DNA from: Anthoceros angustus
Taxonomy: Eukaryota > Plantae > Anthocerotophyta
Length of the DNA stretch: 64,000 bases
Reading direction: 5' to 3'
Assembly: GCA_010909165.1 (NCBI GenBank)
Contig: MU008199.1
Location: 62,001 to 126,000 of the forward strand
Part shown: one piece after another, positions 37,299 through 48,613 of the stretch
Position numbering within the stretch: the first letter of the stretch is position 1
Layout of the letters: each line of letters opens with the position of its first letter
Made by a program: the position numbers and the translations under genes
The notes under the pieces: model-generated
The model's database searches: none
Seen by the model: the letters and a program-made list of their open reading frames with translations, nothing else
Told to the model about the DNA's origin: nothing

Positions 37299-39425
37299 AT
37301 TTTCTTTATGAAAATTTACAGTTATTTTGAAGACATAAGTTCTTCAAAAGAAGCAAGGATGCAGAACGGGCTAATGACATTTTTATTGTTTGTCTTTAGA
37401 TATTTTGCAAAAGGTTTACTACCATGCCTTGCAATATTATGTAAAATAAATGATAATTGGCAATAAAATTAACCCCTAGCTTACGTGGAGAATATAGGTA
37501 AAAACAAATTTCATGTCCATCTTAAGTATTAGCCTCCTCATGTTCATGTTGGCACTTTATCAGTTAAGCCCTACCACAGATTTGAAAGTAATGTCAAGAA
37601 GGCTAAGAAAAATAATAAAGCTCTAGTGTCTTCAAAAAGATGGCCACATGACATGCGACAGTGAATTCAAAGGAAGACTAATTTTACCCAATGTGATATA
37701 TTTGCATTACAAATAATCTCTGAAGTTTATTGTGGTTGCATGGACATGCGATGAAGGATTAAATTTAGACTAGAGCTATAATATAAGCCTAGATATTTTC
37801 TTCTCAAACAAAAAGTTTATCATCCTCTTTATCCAATTTGAACGCACTTGCATGGCTCTCTTAGGAATAGCAGCAACTGTAGGAAATGCATCCTTAACTA
37901 GTTTAGTAATATGTAGGTCATATAATCTCCCTCGCTATGATGTTGTAGGCGCTATAGCTGACTTTAGACATAAAGCTTAATTGCTTTTCCTTTAATGTGA
38001 CCTTTGGAGTCTCGCTTTGATGTTTCTCTTCAATGTCAACCCTAAACCCTTAAATGTAAAATATTATTCACCAGTTCACCTTAAGCATCAATTCATTTGC
38101 TGCACAAAGATTTACAGCAGCTACGGTTGACACACAGAGCAGCTGCCGTAGAGATTTGTAGCAGCTATTGCTGATCTGCAATGAGCGTTCAAGTAATCAA
38201 GGCCTACACTCATCACCAATCACACACATAACCCAACCGATTCCGCAGGTTTGGAGGTTGTGTGAGCTTTCTGTCTTGTAGAATTAATTTTTTTCCAAGA
38301 ATTTAATGAATTATTCAATCCGTCAATATATTATATTTTTATTGGTATTTATATCCATTCCGGGTTGGAGGGAGTCTTGAGTAGGGAAGAGGCTGAACTA
38401 CGAAATTGATTATCTTCTTATCATTGTGTCAATCTTATCCAAATTATTCATTTTGATCTTTTTTATATTTAAATATTATTTTAATAAAAAAGGAGTAAAA
38501 GCCTATGGATGGAAACATTGGAAAGATGTGGGGACTCGGAAGACATTGTATCAGGTGGGTTGGCGAGAGACTTGAGGTGGCATCATGAGTGCCTGCACAC
38601 CGTGCGGCTGCTTGTGAATCGTGAATGTTTGTTGCATCTATCAAACTGAATTATGGGGATGATGTGGGGTGGGCATGTACGGGTTGTGGGTTGTGGGGTT
38701 GGGTCAGGGTCCACCTTCTCCAAAGTCTTGGAAGTCTTGCAGATGAGCCTTGCGAATCTTGCCAGGCTTGTGGAGGCAACGTGTGAGGTGAATCTTGTTG
38801 AATATTTGATCCCGGGTAGGATTCAGAATCTGATGAATCTGGCGCAAGCGAGCCGAGCAGGTTGCACGTTGCAGGTTGCCCACCAATGGAGGTTTCCTCG
38901 TGTTTCCTCTTCGTCTTCCTCTTCTTCCTCCTCCTCTTCCCCCTTCCCCGTTCCACGTGCCTGCCTGGACAGCATCTCATCCACAACGGCCCAACAATCG
39001 CATGCAGTAAGAATGTGGTTTCTGTGTACATCTGTATGTACATACATACATGCATGCATCCGGTCTTATCTCTTGTTACATCTACAGTGTGTACGCACCC
39101 AGGTTGAACCGAACCCACAAGCCTGCAGCGGGAAAGCACTGTCCCCAGATGGCCCTGTTGGGCCCACGTTGGTACCGCGGGCCGGTGAGAGCAAGAGGCT
39201 AGTCCGTCGACGGCGCGAACAGGGGACGGCGCCGCTGGCACCGGACCCAACAGGGGTGCAAGGCAGGTCTGGAGACGGGTGGATCTCGGTTCCGGTCAGA
39301 GCTGTGTTGGGCGAGGCAAGCGAGGGGACGCTTGACTCGGTTGGACTCGCGGGTTGGCGGGTTGGAGAAGCTCGCGGGGAGCTCGCTGGCTGCCCATTAA
39401 AGGGCGCCTCCTGCGGGCTTTGGAG

Positions 39426-41747
39426 ATGGACGAGGAAATGGACAGATTGCAGCTGCACCAGACCCCGGAGAGCCTCATCGAGCCGGCCAAGAGCATCGGC
39501 TCCAGCAGACGATATGCTGATATTTTCGTCAAGGCGGTCCTGGCCGGGAACGTGCTGAAGCTCGTCAGCGCACTGCATGTGAAGCTGCGATTTTACTACA
39601 TCCGGATGATCGTGCTCGGCCAGGCTATGGACGGCGAGTTGCAGGACACGGCGCTGTCGCAGACGTTGAAGGAGAGCTGCGGAGGAGATCGAAGGTACGG
39701 GATGGTTTTTTTGTGACGTGGGTTTTGTTGGGCAGTGTGGGTTTGCTGGGCAGTGGTGTGGGTTTGCTGGGCAGTGGTGTGGGTTTGCTGGGCAGTAGTG
39801 TGGGTTTGCTGGGCAGCAGTGTGGGTTTTCTTGGCAGCAGTGTAGGTTTGCTGGGCAGTATTGTGGGTTTTCTGGGCAGTAGTGTAGGTTTGCTGGGCAG
39901 CAGCTAGCCTTTCTGGGCAGCAGTGTGGTGTAATGTGGGTTTGCTGGGCAGTGTGGTTTTGTTGGTGTCGATGCTGAGACGAAGGTTTGGCTGTCTGCAG
40001 AGCCGGGCACGAGTTGGAGGAGTACGTTCGGTCTACGATCCACGGGATCGGGCAGATCGACATCGGCAGGCATGTGATAGGGATTTTAGACAATCTGCCT
40101 TATTCGGAGGACTCGGACTCTGGGACGGATGCCGCGTCGGAGAACAGGATATCGCAGGAGGCCATCGGAGCTGCTTTTAATGTCTTCTTTTTGTGGCTGG
40201 CGATTCTTGTTGCCGGCACGGAGAAGCAGCCGGAGCCGGTGGATCCTAAGAAGGTGAAGAAGGGGTCGAAGAAGAGTGCCGATCTTGATGTGTTTCATGC
40301 GGGTGCGGAGCAGCACTCTGCTCCTGCGGCTCGGGTGAAGGAGCTGCTGGCCAAGAGGCTGGAGTATGATAATTATCTGGTGGATCAGGTGTTGCCTGTG
40401 GCCAGGAAGTCCACCGCGGAGAATGTGAGTTTGGCAGACTTGTTAAGTAAAATGAGGGACTATATGAACTACTCCTTGAGCAGTATCCTGATCAGATTTA
40501 TCGAGAATGGGCAGAGTGGCATATCCGGGGACGAGGTGAAGGATGAGATATTGGGTATGCTGTGGCAGGTGCAGTACAAATGTGATGTCAGGGTTTGGGC
40601 CAGGGGGCTTTGGCTGCTGGAGTTGACGACACCGACTCCTCTCATGCCTGTCATCGCTGCGTCCAAGAGATATGCTGGCAAGGACGAGAGCAGTAAGGGA
40701 GGTGGGAGCAGCAGCCACGGGAGTAGCAGCCAAGGGGCGTTCTCAGGGCCTGTGCTCAAGTCCGTCTTCCACCAGTTGGTGAAAGGGCAGAGGCTTAACC
40801 TCAAGTTCCAGCTCATGGTTTCTGTTGCTCCCACGAAGCAGCATTTGCAGGTGAATATCGGGGTGGAGAATGTGCGATGCAAGGTGGAAAACTGCAAGTG
40901 GGACACGGAATTCACCGGTCACTTCCCCTCCCATCTCTACCTGGCTCTCACACCGTTGCCTGCTGCCCCTGGTCTGAGGACCTCCAAAATCTTGGTGTCG
41001 ACCACCAAGAGTTCTGCAGGTAACACGGCCTACTCTTACAAGTATGGAGAGAGCCTGGGGGTTGGGGTAGGAGGTGGTGTGGAGAGTAACCTGGCGGCGA
41101 GCATGCAGATGTCAATCCAGGCAGGCCTAAATGCTAAGGTCACGGCTAAGAGTAAGCCTTGGGAGTTCGAGCATGTCAGAGTTGGTGAGAGTGGTGCGGC
41201 TCTCAAGTTCTCTCTGCAGCATTGGGAAGGCAAGCCTTTTGACCGGCTCTTGGGCCCTCCTCAGGCGCAAAAGTCTTCCATCTTCAAGTTCGGCAGGAGG
41301 CAGGTGTCCAACTACTTGGTCAATGTGCCTCTGAGTAGTGACGGGGGCATCATCTTCTCTGAGGCTGATTACCCTGAGACTATCAAGTGGAACTTCCCCA
41401 AGGATATGGAGGGTAAACTTATTGTATGGAAGCTGGAAGGTAGAGTGGACACGACCTTCATGACCAGGGAAGGTTTTTTTGAGACTCGAGTCATCAATTT
41501 CAAGCAAAAGCTAGAGTGGATTCTTCTGCCAGACCCTGATGAGAAGAAGGATAAGGAAGGGAAGGAGGGTAAGGAAGGGAAGGAGGGCAAGGAGGGGAAG
41601 GATGGCAAGGAAGGGAAGGAAGGGAAGGAGGGGAAGGAAGGGAAGGAGGGGAAGGAAGGGAAGGAGGGGAAGGAAGGGAAGGAGGGGAAGGAGGCCAAGG
41701 AAGGGAAAGAAGGCAAGGAAGGAAAAGAAGGCAAGGAAGGAAAATAA
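39426..41747 (+). CDS. Unassigned family paralogue B (about 671 aa), putative beta-pore-forming-toxin-like, with (EGK)n tail; join(39426..39694,40001..41747)
   Basis: A phase-2 GT-AG intron joins KLRFYYIRMIVLG…SCGGDRR to AGHELEEY…AIGAAFNVFFLWLAILVAG; shares all family motifs. Start codon uncertain. Confidence 0.85.
39718..39960. repeat. 21-bp minisatellite filling the intron of paralogue B
   Basis: gtgggtttgctgggcagt(a/g)gt, about 11 copies. Confidence 0.9.
41556..41744 (+). repeat. Coding 9-bp repeat, 21 triplets of (E/D)-(G/A)-K
   Basis: 189 nt encode EGKx5, DGK, EGKx9, EAK, EGKx5 up to the stop codon. Confidence 0.95.
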
Positions 41748-42502
41748 GGGGAATGAGGGTGGAAGGATGGGGATTTCAGTGTAACAGGTTATCCCACTTT
41801 TCTGCAGACAGGCCTGTGTTGATTTTCCTTGGAAACGTTGGAGGTTGTCTGCCCCTAGCTCGCTTCAGGATTCCAGGATGTCAGGATGTGAGGAGATAAA
41901 GTAGGTGGTTGAAGATACCTTGTGGTCCTTGTACAATTCATATTTGAGTTGCTACCCGGTTCTCTTTCGACCTCTGTATGATTATAGTTTCGGACTAAGA
42001 AACAAAGCAGTGTGGCTGCTGGTTTTCAGCGTCACAGATATGATCATGATACAGTCCCAATTTTCCTGAATTCTTAAGAGGTAGGTCACAACAGAGCAAA
42101 GAAGCAGGACGCTGTTAAAGGCAGTAGAATTGCCTGGGACAATTTCCAACCTCAGGGTTGAAGCTTTCAGAAATAAAGCGCGGGAATGCGCTACAACATG
42201 TACCATGCAGGTCAAAGTACCTTTCCAGCATGTGACTGTGTCCTTTATGGGGAAAAGTCGTATCATTGTGCACTGTCTGGCATAGTACACAGGTGCTTTC
42301 CTAGACGCAGGAGGAATATGGAAGAGGGTGACAGAACGGTCTCTCAACAATTGTGTGCCCAAGGAATATTGCTCCACGTATCTTTGCTGAACATCCTTAT
42401 ATCTCGAGTGGACTTCGTTACCAGAATGCATCACCCCTTCTTGCAGCATTTTGCTGTCCCTGAAGAAGAGATGCTAATCCCTCTGCAGAGGTGTCTGAGT
42501 TC

Positions 42503-44847
42503 TCACTTTGCCTTCTTCCCCTTCTTTTTCTTCTTGTCCTTGTCCTTGTCCGGCTCCTCTGGATCCGGGATCAAGACGTGCTGGATAAAATGCTCGAAGT
42601 AAAGAGTTCGAGTTTCCCAATACCTCTTCTTCGTCACCATGGTTGTGTCCACGCGTCCTTCCAACACCCACCCCACTGTGGCTCCCTCCCTTTCTTTAGG
42701 AAACCTCCACTTCAACCCTTCTGAATATTCGTCCTGTGAAAACAAGACGCTCCCATCGCTGGCGAAAGGAAGCCCAAGTAAAGGGTTTGAAGGGGGCCTC
42801 CGACCGAACCGAACGGGGGAGGTCTTCTTGTCAGCGAGTTTAGGGTTAAGGCGATCGAAAGGCTTCCCTTGCCAACTTGTGAGAGTCCAATTAAAGCTGC
42901 CTCCATTCTCTCGGTCCTCGAGTTGCTCAAAATCCCAAGGTCTGCTGCTGACAGCCAGGTAAGCCCCGGTCACAGCCCCAGCTCCAATAAGACCTTGCAC
43001 CTGCCAAAGCACACGCAAGACACTTGCGTGAGAGATAATCCTGGCGAGAATCCTTTCTAACGCGCTGGATGTCACCTTACCGTGTTGCTGACTCCCAAGC
43101 CCACAGCAAATGCCAAGTGCTCGTTCATGTTGATCTTGAACGTCTGGTTATTAGAAGACTTGTTGACGCTGAACAGAGATGCATGCTCCTGCGATGTCAC
43201 AAAAATCGATAGGGCAGACGGAAAGTGCCCAATACAATCTCCATCCCATGATGCATTTGCCACGCGGCACATGATGTTGCCAATGTTCATCGTCACCTCC
43301 AGGAAGAAAGGTGTGGACACTACGGAGACCATCAACTGGCCTTCCAATTCAACCCTCTCCCGAGACAGCAGCTTTAGGACACTGGATGGCTTCCTCATCT
43401 CCTGGCCTCCCGAGTTTAACTGCGGGAAGAAGAGACAATTCAGAGCTGAACGTCAGTCGGTTCATACTGCGACATTGGTAGCTGTCAACATTCATGACTG
43501 GTCAGCTTCCGTGAATACCTGCGAGCCTTTCCTCCGCAAAGTAGCGATGGGAGCTTCCACGTCAAAAGTCCACACCCCTTGTCCCCACTCTTCAATGGTG
43601 GAGTGCCGCTGAATGTACCACAATGCATGCAACATATCCATGCTTCGCTCACCGCATTTGCCCTGAAAGCCGCGTAGCTCGGCCTCATACCTTGTCTGCT
43701 CTACCCTCAACAAGAAACAAGAACAGCAAATGTCAGAGAACGCCTATCTGCACAAGGCTGATCATGAACGCAGTAGTGTCACGCAGTAGGTCTTGAGACT
43801 TACCAGGATATCGGCCATGGACTTGTTGATGAGCTGCCTCAGATTTTTTAGGACATCAGCCATCGTGGTGAGCTCTAAGTCGTCCTCCATCCCCACATTA
43901 TCATCCACTGCAGAGCGATCAACCTCACCTACCGACTCGCCCTCGGAGGTAACCAAGGCCGGAACGGAATCCTTGATGAATTCTTCAAACGGCTCCACAT
44001 TGACAACACACTTCTCCTCCGACCGTGACCGGCGAAGCAAATTCCATTGGGAAATGAGAGGCAGCACACGATTCTGGACGTATCTATCGTAGTCGATCAC
44101 CAATTCTTGCAGCACCGATTGTTTGCTCATCCGATGGCGCTTTGCAAACTTGTCACCTGCAGGCAGCCGAAGGTGCAAAAATCAGATCAACATTCTCGCC
44201 ATTCGTATTGTCAGGCCTGAGCACAACATTACAGAGGAGGGGACAGAGGCACTACCTGCGATGAGAACTGTGATCCAGTTGAAGAAAAGGTTGAAAGTGG
44301 AGCCGATAGCATCGCGAATAAGAGAGCTCCTGCCATCGTCTTGCAGAGCAGATTCATCCATGAGCAACTGCCGCTCCACCAGCGCCAGCAACAAGCCCGG
44401 ATCACGTCTCGAAATCTCCATCGCAGTCCGCGACACAAGCTCCGCTAGGTTAGGACCTTCCATGGAGGCGGGAGTCTTGAGCCGCAACACCTCCCGCAGA
44501 CAGTGACTCTCGTCCATGCCATCTCCTTTAAGGAGAAGGCGGATGTACTGGAACCGCATCCTGGAGCGTGGCGCGGTTTGGATGTGGAAGAGGTGCCCCT
44601 TCCTTGCGGCATGCACCAAGAGAGCCATGAACTTGCCGCTGGACGGACTCCCGGCACCGAGCTCGCGGTCGGCAGGATGCCCCGGCAGGCGAGAGTCATG
44701 GTCCACCTGGAACATGCTCTCCAGCAGGGTGAACTCCTCCCGGAAGGCGCTTCTCAAGGCAATGCTTCCATGCATTGTTGCGTCTGCGTGCTGCTGGATG
44801 CAGGTGCTTCGGTTTCCTCGAATCCTGGAACATGACCACAATGGCAT
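42503..44847 (-). CDS. Unassigned family paralogue C (about 652 aa), putative beta-pore-forming-toxin-like; join(44847..44256,44156..43804,43695..43519,43419..43081,43000..42503)
   Basis: Same four intron positions and phases as paralogue A; exon 4 is 339 nt in both. Shared motifs FGRRPPSNPLLGLPF, YSEGLKWRFPK and YWETRTLYFEH. Confidence 0.85.
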
Positions 44848-46043
44848 GGCTCACGCTCCAATTCCAGTGATGCTAATCAGCGCTGCTGTGTACGGGCTAC
44901 GAGAAGTGCCTGACAGCTGAAAGCTTAAGGTTGTGATCCATTGCAGGTCTCCAGGACAAGGCAGCGGAAGAAGATGCAGATCGTGGGACGCAACGCACAA
45001 CCGGATATCATCAATTCAAGCTTCCGACGTGGAACCCAGCTTCTGAAGCAAGTACACACCTGATTCCAAGCCAACTCTAACCCAGCCCACACTCCTAGCC
45101 TGTCGGAGCAAAATCGGGGGCTGCAAATGCGTCAAACCAGGATTCAAGATTCAAGATTCAAGATTCGACATCCAGTCGGGAATCTGCGATGTGGACAATT
45201 TGAGGCTGGAGGTCTGCACTTGCTGGCACTTAGAGTGGAGTACCGCCCTGAATGCTCGGCTCGTGTGCTTGCTTCCGTGGCTTCCTGAACATTTTTGCAA
45301 CAATTCCTCCCCTTTTGTGCAATTACAGGTCGTGTCGGGCTGCTGCCTGTTGGTATGTCAACGAACTGGCAGACTCAAGTCAGTGGCCAGCTAGCTCCCC
45401 TGTGAGCATTCGCCGCGTGTTCATGTCTATCTAGTGTCGACGCTATCCGAGTTCACATCTTTGAGATCCCTTTGACAGCTTCGACCAATATTGGGTGCCT
45501 GAGGTCGTAACTGCTGCTGCAACATCGTGTCTGGATGCTTCGACCCTTCTTCCTACAGAAAGGGCGTAAATCCAGTGGGCTGGACCACAGGCACTGGCAG
45601 TGCGGGCTGATGTTCGGTCATTAGGGCTTGACCATGATCTTGTAAGTGCCATGGTTGCTTCTAGTGATGGCAGCGGACAACCTTTCACAGGCTTGTTCAC
45701 CTCATCAGGCTTCCAATGTGCTGTAAAACCTGACATCCTAAAGTGCATCAGGCTGGAAGGTTACTTCAGACACCACCGGTCATCCTGGTGTCGTCTTGGG
45801 CTGAGACAATGGGTAGCCTTGATGTAGTGATGTGCTGTTGCTGCGCTGTGCTACACTCCGTTCCTCGTACACACGGACTGACTGTGGCACAACCGAACCG
45901 ACAGAAGTGGGACGACGAACAGAACGAAGACGTCCATTAGTAGTGTTTGGAGACTATGAATTTAGAACTCAGTACACCTCTAACGAGGCTGTTAGTGGTA
46001 AGTGCATCAATTTTGCTCCATGTCCAGGGAGTTTTGCATGTGG

Positions 46044-48027
46044 CTATTGCATCCTGGCAGGAGACAGTGACCGCAGAAAGTCTCCGCTTGCGGATATCCG
46101 TCTCTGGCGAGGTGAGAGGCAGGAGGCAACCATGTCTTCATCAGGAGGTAGAACAGATTTTCGCTTCACATCACGCTTTGCCCTTGCCGGGGACATGCAG
46201 TCGCTCAGTCTGTCCATGTCTTCACCTTGCTGCTGACCTCCTCCCAAAGGGGATTGGGAAAGTATTCTCTGGGCTTCTGTGATCACATACGGGCTGTCGT
46301 CTGACGCATACAGGATTCTTTGCACGGCCTGAACCACCTGCACACAGTCTCAGCAAAAGATACTCTGGAGGAGTCAAGAGTTGCTTACGGTTTACTCTAC
46401 AAACTTCATGATCTGCTCATGAGGGCTAGGCTGAGTGCAGTCACTTGATTCACGTTCTTGTTGCTTGAATCAAACAAGAAAACACCTTAGTTTGCGTGGC
46501 TTACCGGTAATTGGGTGATATCAGAGCTCTGGCAAAGAATCTCTATATCACGAAGCTTGGCGAAGTAGAAGTCACGCTCCTTCTCCAGACTGTCGACAGA
46601 GAGCTTCAACTCCGTGATCTGCAGATCCCACTCAAGGGCTATGATAAGGAAATACGCTGCGAGACAAGGATTGTCAGTTGACATGGTGGGTTCGGTAGGC
46701 CCATACTTGCTCATTCAGGGCCTGCATTTGGGCAGGAGCTAGGGCTGAATGTGGTATCAGAGCGGGCTTTGCAGTTTTGGTTGCTGCACAGGGTCGAGAC
46801 AGTCACAGTCAGAAAAACTTTACGCTGGAAGGCATCCGGACTACCGTGCAAATCAGTAGACTGTATACGGACCAGCAGTAGCTTCGGTTCGACGAAGCGA
46901 AGACGAAGGAGTCCCAGGTCTGCTCGCTGTCGAGGCAATTTTTCCTGACGCTGCTGACGGTGCACTGGGTGCAGCTGTCCTCTTGTTCACTTCCTTGCCT
47001 CCTTTGCATCCTTCTCTTCTCTCAGAAGCACTGTAACTGTCCGGCACAAACAATTTTCAGCTGTCAGTGGACATGGACATACAGTAGCTAGCCACCCGGC
47101 TAAAACATGTCCTAAAGCTCCAAGTGGTGGCAAAACCTTGGGAAGACGCCCCCATTTATTGAATCGCAGTATCGCTTCATCCACTGCATGAATTCCAGGT
47201 TATCCAGCGGCCGACCTTTCACAAGCTTGTTCACCTCGATGTGCTGCGAAACCAGACACACCCACTGCTGTCAACTTTCCACAGCGGAATGGACAACCTC
47301 CACACTACTTCTTCTCTTCTTCCACATCTTGAATGCCTGAAACCTAACCTTAGAGATCTTGAGCTTGTTGAACACATCTTGAAGCACTTTATAGTTCTGA
47401 ATCATCTCGTACTCCGACTTGGCGTCGAAATTCACCTGTCCAACAAGGCACCGGTGAGCACTGCCTCTCTCCACAAACTCAGAAAACGAAGATCGTACAA
47501 ACAAATACCTTGTGCATAGGCACAACCCCTGGATGTGTGGCATCCATCAACTGGCAGGAAACAGCTCCGGAAGCGGACTGCAACAACAGATCACACATCA
47601 CTAGGTGAGCAGGACAACCCTAACACCCCAAAACACCACAACGCGCCCTCTCAACACACATTCCACCCACCCTGGCAAATGCAAAGCAGCACGCAGAACC
47701 CAATTCACATCTCCCCAACTCAACCGAGCCCAAATCTGCAACACAATACAGCAAACACAAATGCCAAATGCCTCCCGCACAACGCCAAATGCCTCCAGCA
47801 CAAATGTGCGCCAGCCACGCATTGCCAAGACGGAATGCCGCACTCCAGCCCATCACCAAATGCAAATGCAGATGAAACAGAGACCGGGCAAGACAACAAG
47901 GGTCGAGCTCACGCACCTCCTCAACCTTGGTGAGGCTGAGCTGGAGCGTGGAGTTGATCCAGGACAGGATCTCCCCTCGGCCCACGAAGTACGCGGAGTC
48001 CATCATGCCGATGCTTGAGGCCGCCAT
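46044..48027 (-). CDS. EB1: Microtubule end-binding protein EB1 (RP/EB family), multi-exon
   Basis: [93 protein letters not shown]. Confidence 0.95.
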
Positions 48028-48613
48028 GGCGCTCTGGGGGGACCCTGAGCCGCGAAGGAGACGATCTGGAAAACCCTGGATTGCGAAGAACGTGGGACGC
48101 GCAAGGAGCCAAGGAACTGTGGCCTCTCCAGCTCGCAATAGGGAAACTACAGCAGCCACTGCGTGCGCCCTGGAGAACAGGAAGCCTGGCCCGGCAGGCG
48201 AGGCGAGCCAATTTGAAAAAGGACGAGGAGGGGGAAAGAAAACGAGAGCCGTTGCCGGGCGCACGCCCACTTCAACTGATCCGCTTTCAAAGCACGCAGT
48301 CCAATTTAAAAATTCCACCCAAAACTAGTCTAAAAGTCTAACCATACCCTCCTTCCAAGTTCCAAGTTCCTTCCCTGCTGTTAGGTAACTAAGAGCATAA
48401 CTAGCTAGATTTCTCTTATGACTAGCCACCTAATGAGACTAGCTAGCTAAAGACTACTTACCTAACTCGGATGGGAAACCTAGGTGATGTACATACTTGC
48501 CATTGTGTCGGCGTTCAGACGCGAATCCGGTCGCACCTGGTTTTGGCGTGTGCGTGGCCGATGACCGGAGTGCCTCGAAGACCTCGATGACAGCGCCGTT
48601 GCGAGGGATTGGG

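Noticed and set aside
39066-40093. Long minus-strand ORFs with CPANPHH / TAQQTHT repeats
   Set aside because: These are shadow translations of the 21-bp intronic minisatellite and the antisense of paralogue B.
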